Made by a program: the position numbers and the translations under genes. Positions 27,251 to 39,396 of a DNA stretch of 64,000 nt are shown here, in pieces; positions within the stretch are counted from its first letter, which is position 1, and the number at the start of each line of letters is the position of its first letter. Below the pieces are notes generated by a model. That model did not search any database, was not told where the DNA came from, and saw nothing but the letters and a program-made list of their open reading frames with translations. Source of the stretch: Octopus sinensis (Eukaryota); NCBI RefSeq assembly GCF_006345805.1, contig NC_043025.1, forward strand, positions 868,001 through 932,000, read 5' to 3'.

Positions 27251-27580
27251 CATATGCTTTCACTGTTGGAGGTCAATGTTAATTCTTGAGGTTCTGATAT
27301 ACTTTTGCCTTCACAAAAGTTTTCCTGCCCTCGTTTACCATATATTTCTCAAGTATAATTTTCAATTAATTTTCTTTAAAAATCTCGTTTAATTCAAACT
27401 CTTTGTTATTTTTGTCAATAGAAAACAATGTCTATATTTTTCCTGTTTCTTAGCTATTTCTTTTTTTACTTCTCTATTGATAAAGTTTGTTTGTTATATT
27501 CATAACAACCTACAGTACACAGCGTTTTATGTTATTGTCAATGTTGTTGCATTCATTTCTTATTGTTGTGTCTTTTGCAG

Positions 27581-27780
27581 TTATTGTTTTAGAAGTTGAT
27601 ACAACTAAACTGAAAATTGATGATGAGTCTAATGTCACTGTAAAACAAGGCTACATGATTCTTTACGAATGGTTCAAAAATTGCGACCCAGAAACACGGA
27701 CACACGCAACATTACGTGCAGCTCTTGAAGAAGCTGAATGTTTCGCTGCGATGGAATGTCTGTCATTAGACGCAAAGTGA
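27581..27780 (+). CDS. ANK-RING-death-domain gene, terminal exon (rest of the death domain plus stop)
   Basis: tcttttgcag|TT, phase 1. Reads (V)IVLEVDTTKLKIDDESNVTVKQGYMILYEWFKNCDPETRTHATLRAALEEAECFAAMECLSLDAK*, with the typical Q...ML..W and T...L..AL death-domain motifs. AATAAA at 28023-28028 is a candidate polyA signal. Confidence 0.9.
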
Positions 27781-29424
27781 ATTTCTGTGTAACTGTTGTT
27801 GTTTAGCCTCAGATTAACCTTGACCAAACAGAGACTTATGATCAAACGCATTCCAGTCAGGACCATCATGCCTATTTCCAAAGAGAACCCACAACCACAT
27901 TGTCCAATATGCCCTTCTGTACAGTGATATCGTGTGAATTTAGCTGCTAATTCTAGCAGGTATATCAGCCACATAGTGATCCCTTCACTGGTTTGGCTCC
28001 TTTGTTAAAAATTCACATTTAAAATAAAGACAAACTTTGAAATGTTCATTTATTGTTGTTGCTGTTGTTGTATATCTAACCCCCCCCTAAGCAACCCCAT
28101 TGTTATATAGACAGCTTTAATATCTTCTGCTATATTGATAGCTATCTACCTTCATGTTTATCTGAGAGTAGAATGCCTGGTATATATATATATTGATGCC
28201 TTTTCCCTTTATATATCCTATAGAGATAGTATTTCTATATAATACATGATGTATCTAAGGATATATCTCACTTTGTCCTGTTGTGGTTTAAGACAGGCCT
28301 CTCCAAAGTGGTGGTGGTTGAATAAAAAATCAGGGGGTTTTGAGTGCAATATACAATATTTTAATTTTATATTCTTACTTTATGACCTTCGTTATTTACT
28401 AATGACTGCAATTTCCGTCAGTAAAAATAAAACTTCACTATTATACATATGAAAATAAATCAAAAAAATTATAATTAAACAATAGCTGTGCTGAAAAAGT
28501 CTGAGATAATAAAATAATGACACAACATTTGTTGTTTTAATTGCATGTGTCTCCCTCTTTTTAAATAACTTCAGATAAAGGAAGAGTACAATTCTTCCCT
28601 ACAATATTTACCTTCATATTACTCCACTGTTATTTTAATTTGAAATTAGATTTCAAGTTCTTACAGCAGAGACCAAGATTAAATAAGTAAAACACATGAG
28701 ACCTTTATGTACATTATAAGATGTGACAGGAAGCTCTACCGAGCAGACTTTTGTGGAATTGGAAAGGAAGATTCATAAGTATTCTCCACTTTTTATTGGA
28801 TTCTTTTGTGATAGAAGTGAACAAACCTGATTGTTTTCAAATTAAATAATCAAGATATTTAAATTAGATAAAAAGAAACTTTATTCAGAAATTGATAATT
28901 ACTATTAAAGCAAAACGAAATTTTACCGGTGAGTGTGTTAATAATAAGGCACTAAAAGAGAATGACTCTCCCCAGACACAACAAAATTATTTTGTATCAA
29001 ACTTTGTACAAAATTATTCTAAATAAATTGATAACATAAGTTTCTGATTTTTTGCTTGGATAACTGGGGGAGAAATTCTATTCACACATTATATGCCATG
29101 TAATACACAACAAAATAATAAGGCTGTTCAAAGCTATAGGTTACTGTTTATATAGACCAGCTGGAGCAAATTTAGTTTAACATTTAATGCGTAACAATAA
29201 ACTCATTTATAAAAGTGTTAGTTTTCTATAAAGTGAGAAAACGTAAGACTTTTAGTGACTTTATAAAACTAAAAAGAGTAACTTCAAACTTTGATGACCC
29301 CAGACAAATTCCTTTACTGACTGAGATCTTCATCTTGTTCTGGTCAATGACTGTCAAAGTAATTTTCATATTTTAAAAGCATCAAAAGAAAAATTGTTGC
29401 CTAGAGAAGAGAGGTTGAATTTGT

Positions 29425-29850
29425 CATCCGACTCGTAGCCGATGCCAGCACCGCCTGTTGGCTTCCGTGCCGGTGGCACATAAAATACACCAATCCGACC
29501 GTGGCCGTTGCCAGCCTCGCCTGGCACCTGTGCAGGTGGCACGTAAAAAGCCACTACACTCACGGAGTGGTGGCGTTAGGAAGGGCATCCAGCTGTAGAA
29601 ACACTGCCAGATAAGACTGGAGCCTGGTGCAGCCTTCTGGCTTCCCAGATCCCCGGTCGAACTGTCCAACCCATGCTAGCATGGAGAACGGACGTTAAAC
29701 GACGATGATGATGATAAAGCACAGAGAATAATGATGGACTGGACATTTCTTTAGATTAATGATCAGAGGATCCCTAAACAGATGATATATGCTAAACTTC
29801 TTTATGGAAAGAGCCCCCAGCAGAAACGAAGACTACGATTTAAGGACTGT
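29425..29850 (+). mobile_element. RTE 3' UTR/tail copy (to ~29715) followed by a separate BovB-like RTE coding fragment
   Basis: The tail ends cggacgttaaacgacgatgatgatgat and is near-identical to 39105-39396. The fragment after it reads INDQRIPKQMIYAKLLYGKSPQQKRRLRFKDC. Confidence 0.75.
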
Positions 29851-29906
29851 ATATATATGTATTATATATATAATATATATATATATATTATATATATATA
29901 TATATA

Positions 29907-30132
29907 TACTAAGCAATTAAGGGTTTGCAACAAATTGCCTCACCACACACCGAATTAGAAATAGCAGTCAAAGAGTTATAGCTATTCTTTCTACTAAAAG
30001 GGGGATCTCAGTTGCTAAACCCTTAATTGCTTAGTATTACTTTAATTTTCCTCGAATGAGGCTTTTACATGCCGAAATCTACTTGTTGTAATTAATAATT
30101 ATTCCAATTAATTAATTTCACCTTTATTGTTA

Positions 30133-30135
<3 letters not shown>
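29907..30135. repeat. Short foldback copy of part of the 600-bp unit found at 31.8-33.7 kb
   Basis: tactaagcaattaagggtttgcaac...ctactaaaagggggatctcag is followed immediately by the reverse-complement continuation; flanked by (TA)n. Confidence 0.75.
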
Positions 30136-30209
<74 letters not shown>

Positions 30210-30425
30210 TAAACTGAGCGGATACTTACCAGGCTGAAAAATGTACTTTAATGAGGTCAATTGGTTCGACTAAAAATCCTGCAAGGCGGTAACCCAGCAT
30301 GGCCGCAATTTAATGACTGAAACAATTAAAAAAAAAGAAGCATAGCAATATACGAAAATTGTCATCGATGTCAACAACTTCTCCGTCCCGCTTTCACAAA
30401 TTCAGCGAAACAGAAATGAAAGCAC

Positions 30426-30476
<51 letters not shown>

Positions 30477-30760
30477 TGGCTGACCCACACACTCATACAA
30501 TTTCTTCAGAATGTCACGGTTTTAAGGTCAACATTTTTAAAGCATAAATAGCTACGAGTGTGCGTCTTTGCATGTATCTATATGTGTGGGTGTTTGTGCG
30601 TGTGTGAGCACAGTCCACCCATACCCAAGGTGGTCGCATCGTCTCATTTGACCCAGCCACGAAATTTTTTTTCTCCCTCGAGTGTTCCGGATCCCATTAA
30701 TGAACTAATTTGCATACAACCAGTCAGAGCTCACCTTCAACTTGTTCTCAGGTTAATAAA

Positions 30761-30926
30761 CAGGAGTGTCTGTATGGGAAGTAGCTCGCTTACCAACCAC
30801 ATGGTTCCGTGTTCAATCCCACTACATGGTACCATGGGCAAATGTCTTCTACCATAGCCTACGGACCGACCAAAGCTTTGTCAGTGGATTTTGTACACGG
30901 AAACAGAAGGAAGCCCGTCGTATATA

Positions 30927-30983
<57 letters not shown>

Positions 30984-31218
30984 GTGTGTGTGTATGTTAC
31001 TGTGTCTGTGTTTGTCCTCCCAACATAGTTTCACAACCGATGCTGGTGTGTTTGCGTCCCCTTAACTTAGCGGTTCGGTATAGGAGACCGATAGAATAAG
31101 TACTAGGTTTACAAATAATAGGTCCTCGGGTCGATCTACTGGACAAAAGTCGGTGTGCTCCAGCATGGCCACAGTCAAATGACTGAAACATGTAAAAGAG
31201 AGTATACAATATATATAG

Positions 31219-31271
<53 letters not shown>

Positions 31272-31274
31272 CAA

Positions 31275-31317
<43 letters not shown>

Positions 31318-31810
31318 TATATATATACATACAACCATATATGTATACATATATATATATATATACATGGTTATAATTCGGAATGGTCATTTGGCAGTTT
31401 AGGCAATAAATATATAAACATAGTCGCTGGAGTGGCAGTGTGGCTTGCTAACCAACCACATGGTTCTGGGTTCAGTCCCACTGCGTGGCATCTTGGGCAT
31501 GTGTCTTCTGCTATAGCCCCGGGCCGACCAAAGCCTTTGAGTGGATTTTGGTAGACGGAAACTGAAAGAAGCCTATCGTATACATGTACATATATATATA
31601 TATATGTGTGTGTGTGTTTGTGTCTCTGTGTTTGTCCTCCTAGCATTGCTTGGCAACCGATGCTGGTGTGTGTACGTCCCCGTCACTTAGCGGTTCGGCA
31701 AAAGAGACCGATAGAATAAGTACTGGGCTTACAAAGAATAAGTCCCGGGGTCGATTTGCTCGACTAAAGCTGGTGCTCCAGCATGGCCGCAGTCAAATGA
31801 CTGAAACAAG

Positions 31811-31812
<2 letters not shown>
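30761..31812 (+). mobile_element. Two tandem family-B SINEs (30761-31202 and 31423-31812) with TA microsatellites
   Basis: Both have a tRNA-like head with B box and the cagcatggcc...aatgactgaaac 3' end. Confidence 0.85.
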
Positions 31813-31846
<34 letters not shown>

Positions 31847-32136
31847 TTATCCGTAATAATGAAGGGTGAAATTAATTAATTTGGAATAATTATCAATTAC
31901 ACCAAGTAGTCTTCGGCATGTAAAAGCCTCATTCGAGGAAAATTTAAGTAATACTAAGCAATAAAGGGTTTAGCAACGAATTGCCTTACACATACCGAAT
32001 TTAGAAATAGCAGTCAAAGAGTTATAGCTATTTCTTCTACTAAAAAGGGAGATCTCAGTAAAAAACAGCAATTGGAAGGCAGACACAAACAGGTAAGAGA
32101 GAATGAATTGACGGCAATCTATCATTCATTTTAAGT

Positions 32137-32247
32137 TATCTACGGACGTACGTTTCGAAATCAAGTTTTTAGGAAAGCATAAGAATTAAATATTAAATAT
32201 TAAATAATTCTATCTTACCGAAACTTCTTTTCTCTTCAGCGTAGATA
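32137..32247 (-). ncRNA. Type I hammerhead ribozyme, copy 1
   Basis: Minus strand: UAUCUACG-CUGAAGA-[extended stem II GAAAAGAAGUUU...AAACUUGAUUUC]-GAAA-CG-UA-CG-UC-CGUAGAUA. It has an 8-bp stem I, the full core, a GUC triplet and a short palindromic stem III. Confidence 0.82.
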
Positions 32248-32736
32248 GAATACTATAATCATAAATGATTATATATTGAATTTTGAGATACTAGAAGGCA
32301 CCAACTCAACTCAGTATCAGAGCGAGCTAGAATCCGCAACTAGTATCATCGAATTCAATGTGTGAATGAAACGATTGTGTCACAGCCCCTTCCCACCCGC
32401 GTGTAGCCAAAACAAGATGCTGTGGTCATCTACTGAGATAAAATATGGTTATCCGTAATAATGAAGGGTGAAATTAATTAATTTGGAATAATTATCAATT
32501 ACACCAAGTAGTCTTCGGCATGTAAAAGCCTCAATCGAGGAAAATTTAAGTAATACTAAGCAATAAAGGTTTAGCAACGAATTGCCTTACCACATACCGA
32601 ATTTAGAAATAGCAGTCAAAGAGTTATAGCTATTTCTTCTACTAAAAAGGGAGATCTCAGTAAAAACAGCAATTGGAAGGCAGACAAACAGGTAAGAGAG
32701 AATGAATTGACGGCAATCTATCATACATTTTTAAGT

Positions 32737-32845
32737 TATCTACGGACGTACGTTTCGAAATCAAGTTTTTAGGAAAGCATAAGAATTAAATATTAAATAT
32801 TAAATAATTCTATCTTACCGAAACTTCTTTTCTCTTCAGCGTAGA
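32737..32845 (-). ncRNA. Type I hammerhead ribozyme, copy 2
   Basis: Same core exactly 600 nt from copy 1; 6-bp stem I UCUACG/CGUAGA. Confidence 0.8.
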
Positions 32846-33366
32846 ATACTATAATCATAAATGATTATATATTGAATTTGAGATACTAGAAGGCACCAAC
32901 TCAACTCAGTATCAGAGCGAGCTAGAATCCGCAACTAGTATCACCGAATTCAATGTGTGAATGAAACGATTGTGTCACCAGCCTTTTAGTAGAAGAAATA
33001 GCTATAACTCTTTGACTGCTATTTCTAAACTCGGTATGTGGTAAGGCAATATTGCTTAGTATTACTTAAATTTTCCTCGAATGAGGCTTTTACATGCCGA
33101 AGACTACTTGGTGTAATTGATAATTATTCCAAATTAATTAATTTCACCCTTCATTATTACGGATAACCATATTTTATCTCAGTAGATGACCACAGCATCT
33201 TGTTTTGGCTACACGCGGGTGGGAAGGGGCTGGTGACACAATCGTTTCATTCACACATTGAATTCGGTGATACTAGTTGCGGATTCTAGCTCGCTCTGAT
33301 ACTGAGTTGAGTTGGTGCCTTCTAGTATCTCAAAATTCAATATATAATCATTTATGATTATAGTAT

Positions 33367-33473
33367 TCTACGCTGAAGAGAAAAGAAGTTTCGGTAAGAT
33401 AGAATTATTTAATATTTAATATTTAATTCTTATGCTTTCCTAAAAACTTGATTTCGAAACGTACGTCCGTAGA
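33367..33473 (+). ncRNA. Type I hammerhead ribozyme, copy 3 (inverted arm)
   Basis: tctacg CTGAAGA (33373-33379) ... GAAA (33456-33459) cg ta c GTC (33465-33467) cgtaga. Confidence 0.8.
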
Positions 33474-34202
33474 TAACTAAAAAATGAATGATAGATTGCC
33501 GTCAATTCATTCTCTCTTACCTGTTTGTGTCTGCCTTCCAATTGCTGTTTTTACTGAGATCTCCCCCCCTTTTTAGTAGAAGAAATAGCTATAACTCGTT
33601 GACTGCTATTTCTAAATTCGGTATGTGGTAAGGCAATTCGTTGCTAAACCCTTTATTGCTTAGTATATATATATAGATAGACATATATAGATATATATAT
33701 ATGTATCTATATATCTATCTATCTATTTATCTATCTATCTTTATATATACCTTTATAAATGTCTATATATCTTCATACATACATACATACATACATACAT
33801 ACATACATACATACATACATACATACATAGGTGTATATACTCAGACACGCATATCTGAAACAAAATAGTAACAAAGGTTGTACTAGATAATTATTACTTT
33901 ATATAGTTGTGGCGTGTAATTAAATGTAAATTATAAGCTAGTTGATGTTTAATTGTTAAAGGTATCAGCAGGAAGCTTGCATGCGTATGTGTGTCTGTTG
34001 ATGCGCCAATGCTCGTGTCCCCTTCGCAAGCGAAAAACGAACCCATTTCAATTCGAAACTCTCACGTCGGTTTTATATGACGCAAGGGAAGAAATTCTAG
34101 ATGTTATTTTTTATACCCGCCAGGCTTCATCAGGTGTCTTGGGGAAATTTGAAACCTGAGTTCACATTCCTAAGGTATTTTTATGTACCTGTATCTATAG
34201 TT

Positions 34203-34242
<40 letters not shown>

Positions 34243-34264
34243 GCACACATATATGTATATATAC

Positions 34265-34309
<45 letters not shown>

Positions 34310-34409
34310 TAGACAGACAGAGAAGTATAAAGACAAGTAGTGTGTATGTTCATACACTTCTTGTGCGCCTGTATGAATAGCAGACAATAACAAAAGAAAA
34401 TCCAAAAAA

Positions 34410-34966
34410 TTAACGAGAAAATATCATAGAAGCCAGAATATTTTTTGTCTTTGGAAAAGGTGAAGATATATTTATGCCTCACTTAAGTTTAATACCTTCA
34501 AATATCCCTTCGAGCTCAAACGACTTCAATTTCCAATACGTCAGTCTCTTGCGATGAGTACCAAGATCAGACATTCAAAGTACTTCTTTGCAATTAGAGA
34601 AGGGTTGTTTTTCACACAGACATATCCTGGGGTTCCAGAGTGGGGAGCAAAGACAATTTTTCATTTTCACCCCTACAGGTAAAACTCAAACCAATGTCTA
34701 TAAGGACGTTTTTAGCATGGGATCAACGGACAAGATTTGCAGAATGAATAAAAACTTTAAATTGAAATTGTCAACGCAGCACTATATTCGCATAAGAAAA
34801 TGTGTTTCTATTTTTTGGTTGTTGTAATACTGAAGTTCAATAAATCTGTTGTGTCTGGAGAGAATCATTTTTTTTTTGTGCCTTATTATGTAAAAACACT
34901 CACCGGTAAAATTCCCACTTTTTTCTTATTTTTATTGTCCTAAAATTTTCGTTGCGTCTTGCAACC
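34410..34966 (+). mobile_element. Helitron-type 3' remnant (PIF1-like helicase C-terminus plus non-coding end)
   Basis: Remnants IPSNIPFELKRLQFPIRQSLAMS and LQLEKGCFSH...FIFTPTGKTQTNVYKDVF match PIF1/Helitron helicase C-terminal motifs. The non-coding end recurs at ~28910-28985 and ~63060-63130. Confidence 0.7.
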
Positions 34967-34982
34967 TATATACATATGTATG

Positions 34983-35055
<73 letters not shown>

Positions 35056-35350
35056 ATACATATATATATATATATATATGTGGGTAGTAAAGAAATAGGT
35101 ATTTCGTCTGCCGTTACGTTCTGAGTTCAAATCCCGCCGAGGTCGATTTTGCCTTTCATCCCTTCGGATGTTATAATATAACACACTAACCGGTAAAATT
35201 CCCACTTTTTTCTTATTTTTATTGTACTTGCAACCTATATATATATATATCTATATATAAAATATTATTAGAGACAAAACCACTATTTTGCAAAACAAAC
35301 AAGGAAAGACTTAATCAATACATAAAATTTAATAAAAGTAAAAAAAACCG

Positions 35351-35393
35351 CCACTACAATCGTTTCTTGTCTTGATCGACAATCTTCAGGTGG
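35351..35393 (-). ncRNA. Minimal type I hammerhead ribozyme (43 nt)
   Basis: Minus strand CCAC-CUGAAGA-UUGUC-gaucaa-GACAA-GAAA-CG-au-UG-UA-GUGG: 4-bp stem I, perfect 5-bp stem II, GUA triplet and a near-palindromic stem III. Confidence 0.75.
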
Positions 35394-36194
35394 ACTTCCA
35401 ATCTAAAAAATCAAAATTTTTAAAATATAAAAATAATAATTTTAAATAATTAAAGTATAAAGGAAAAATATAAGTATATAATCCATATATAACCTATATA
35501 TAATCCATATCGAAAATATAGACAAATTACCACGAATTCCCTAAAAAAAACATGAAAACAAAACTCTTAAAACATATAACGATAAAATCTCCCTTGCTAA
35601 ACTCTATAACAAACATATAAAGTAAAACCCCCTAACCTAAAACATTCACACACAAATACACACACGTAAACCACAGACTCACGACTTATACACATACCTA
35701 TACTAACTTATAAACCTCAATATACACCAAAACCCACTCCCTCCCCACACAGACAAATTAACACATACATCCCAAAACTAAATAACAAACCCTATACACA
35801 TTCACAGACAAAAACACACATCACACGCAAAACACTCACACACAAAAGATACATATACTCCTCACATATACGCCTATACATACTCACTAAACTCGACATA
35901 TACAACAATACTTACACACCCACAAAAAACATTATATACATTTATGAGCTTTAACTCACCTTAGCATCTCTAACAAACAACTTGCAGTAACCCAATCCAT
36001 TCTCTATGCCTACCTCACTACTACACTATTCCATTCACATTCCAAGCAACGCTAGTCCAACACCGGTTATTCACGTGGCAAAACGAACACCACTCAAAAA
36101 TTATGAATGAAACAATGTAAAAAAATAACCAACACCTAAAATAGACAAAATACCACGAATTATATATATATAATATATATATATATATATTATA

Positions 36195-36282
<88 letters not shown>

Positions 36283-36319
36283 ATATATATATATATATAT
36301 AATATATTATATATATATA

Positions 36320-37420
36320 GGTTGCAAGTACAATAAAAATAAGAAAAAAGTGGGGAATTTTACCGGTTAGTGTGTTATATTATAACATCCGAAGGGATGA
36401 AAGGCAAAATCGACCTCGGCGGAATTTGAACTCAGAACGTAACGGCAGACGAAATACCTATTTCTTTTACTACCCACAGGGGCTAAACACAGAGAGGACA
36501 AACAAGGACAGACAAACGGATTTAAGTCGTCTAATCGACCCCAGTGCGTAATGTGGTACTTATTTAATGGACCCCGAAAGAATGAAAAGCAAGTCGACCT
36601 CGGCGGAATTTGAACTCAGAACGTAACGGCAGACGAAATACCTATTTCTTACTACCACAGGGGCTAAACACAGACGGGACAAACAAGGACAGACAAACGG
36701 ATTAAGTCGACTATATCGACCCCAGTGCGTAACTGGTACTTATTTAATGGACCCCGAAAGGATGAAAGGCAAAGTCGACCTCGGCGGAATTTGAACTCAG
36801 AACGTAACGGCAGACGAAATACCTATTTCTTTACTACCCATAAGGGGATAAACACAGACGGACAAACAAGGACAGACAAACGGATTAAGTCGACTATATC
36901 GACCCCAGTGCGTAACTGGTACTTATTTAATGGACCCCGAAAGGATGAAAGGCAAAGTCGACCTCGGCGGAATTTGAACTCAGAACGTAACGGCAGACGA
37001 AATACCTATTTCTTTACTACCCACAAGGGGCTAAACACAGAGAGGACAAACAAGGACAGACAAACGGATTAAGTCGTCTGTATCGACCCCAGTGCGTAAC
37101 TGGTACTTATTTAATGGACCCCGAAAGGATGAAAGGCAAAGTCGACCTCGGCGGAATTTGAACTCAGAACCTAACGGCAGACGAAATACCTATTTCTTTA
37201 CTACCCACAAGGGGCTAAACACAGAGAGGACAAACAAGGACAGACAAACGGATTAAGTCGTCTGTATCGACCCCAGTGCGTAACTGGTACTTATTTAATG
37301 GACCCCGAAAGGATGAAAGGCAAAGTCGACCTCGGCGGAATTTGAACCCAGAACGTAAAGGCAGACGAAATACTGCTAAGCATTTCGCCCGGCGTGCAAA
37401 CGTTTCTGCCAGCTCGCGCC
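36320..37420 (-). repeat. SINE-derived tandem array, ~184-bp unit, six copies of the anchor motif
   Basis: cgacctcggcggaatttgaa recurs at 36411, 36595, 36776, 36959, 37143 and 37327. Only the last unit carries the intact SINE head (to ~37420). Confidence 0.9.
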
Positions 37421-38140
37421 TTAATAAAAGCGAAATTCCCTTGTGCCTGTGACCCCTGTCCCTCAGTCTACATAGACATATTCTACCCTTTTGGAATCAG
37501 GATGATCCCAGGATTGAAACTCTGCTCTTCATTTGGTTCTTGAAGATCCAGCATTGGGATCTGGTTTAAAACCATTTTGGCTGCTATTTCTAGCAGTAAG
37601 CCACAGTGGGAGGTACAAGAGTTACGTCCCTTAGTTTAAAGTGTTACCAAGGAATTTGTAGTTTTTCACTTTTCTCAGTTATTAGACTGCGGCCACGCTG
37701 GGGCACCGCATTGAAGAATTTTAATCCAAGAAATTGACACCAGTTATTTCTCATTTTTGTCTGGTAGATTTTATTGGCCTTTTACAGCGAACCGCTAAGT
37801 CACATGGAGATAAACGTAAACGACGGACACACACACAAAGCCACAATACACGAACGCACACACACACACACATACATACATACATACATACGTACATACG
37901 TACATGCATACGTATATACATACGTACATACGTACATACATACACATACATACATACATACGTACATACGTACATGCATACGTATATACAGACGTACATA
38001 CGTACATATACGCATACATAATACATACATAATACATATATACATACACACATACTTACGTACATACGTACATACACACACACATCCGAACATACATACA
38101 TAATACATACATACATACCACATACATACACACAGAAATG

Positions 38141-38179
<39 letters not shown>

Positions 38180-38203
38180 TATACATATATACACATATAC
38201 ATA

Positions 38204-38235
<32 letters not shown>

Positions 38236-38236
<1 letters not shown>

Positions 38237-39000
38237 CATCATCGTTTAACGTCAGTTTTCCATGCTAGCATGGGTTGGTGACGGTTCGACCGTCGTCTGG
38301 AAGCCAGGAGGCTGCACCAGGCTCCAATCTGATCAGGTATTGTCTCTACAGCTGGATGCCCTTCCTAACGCCAACCACTCTGAGTTTAGAGGGCGCTTCT
38401 TTCGTGCCACCAGCACAGGTACCCCAGGAGGCTGGCAATGGCCACAATCGGTTGTTGCTTTTTATGTGCCCCCAGCACGGAAGCCAGTCAAGACGGCGGT
38501 GGCATCAGCCTCGTTGAGATGGTGTTTGTATGTGCCACTGGCACGGGTATCACAACTACAATTTCCATTTGATCTTATTTCGATGTTGATGTACTTGACT
38601 CAGTAGGTCTCCTCAAGCACAGCAGGTAACCCTACGATCCAAGGTAAGCACAGTAGGCCGTCCTGCGATCCAAGGTATTTTCGATGGGTTGGGGCTGTTA
38701 TGTGAAGCTGGTGCAGGGAAACAGCCTCACGTTATTTGTCGTGTCTTCGCTGTCACAGCATATCTCCAGAGGTCTCGGTCTTTCGTCATTGCCTCTGTGA
38801 GGCCCAACGCTCGAAGTCAAGCTTGATCACCTCATTCCATGTCTTCCTAGGTCTACTTCTACCCCGGATTCCTTCAACTGTTTGGGAGTGGCACTTCTTC
38901 GCACATCTCTCCTCATCCATCCGGAGTACATGACTATACCAGCGCAAACTTCTTTCTTGCATGCCACATCCGATGCTTGTTATGTCCAGCATTTCTCTCA
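38236..39000 (-). mobile_element. 5'-truncated RTE LINE 3' end
   Basis: ORF 38786-39001 contains LRWYSHVLRMDEERCAKKC...RGRSRPRKTW, followed by the 3' UTR and (GAT)n tail. Confidence 0.85.
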
Positions 39001-39034
39001 TATATATATATATTTTATATATATATTATATATA

Positions 39035-39396
39035 TTCAATTCGAATCGAAATCCAATTGAACCAGCCAGGACCCCTGGTCTGGTGGTACGTAAAAAGCAC
39101 TATCCGACTCGTGGCCGATGCCAGCACCGCCTCGACTGGCTTCCGTGCCGGTGGCACGTAAAATGCACCAATCCGACCGTGGCCGTTGCCACTCTCGCCT
39201 GGCACATGTGCAGGTGGCACGTAAAAAGCACCTACTACACTCACGGAGTGGTTGGCGTTAGGAAGGGCATCCAGCTGTAGAAACATTGCTAGATAAGACT
39301 GGAGCCTGGTGCAGCCTTCTGGCTTCCCAGATCCCCGGTCGAACCGTCCAACCCATGCTAGCATGGAGAAGAATGACATTAAACAATGATGATGAT
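39035..39396 (+). mobile_element. RTE 3' UTR/tail copy in the opposite orientation
   Basis: Same 3' UTR family, ending cccatgctagcatgga...gatgatgat. Confidence 0.8.

Larger units (their letters stand above)
31847..33665. repeat. ~600-bp unit: two direct tandem copies plus ~1.1 inverted copies (Penelope-terminal-repeat/retrozyme-like)
   Basis: Copy 1 is 31847-32448 and copy 2 is 32449-32983, near-identical. 32984-33665 is the reverse complement. The block has (TA)n on both sides. Confidence 0.93.

Noticed and set aside
36411-37420. Regularly spaced repeats superficially like a CRISPR array
   Set aside because: The whole 184-bp unit is repeated with no unique spacers, it derives from a SINE, the context is eukaryotic, and there are no cas genes.
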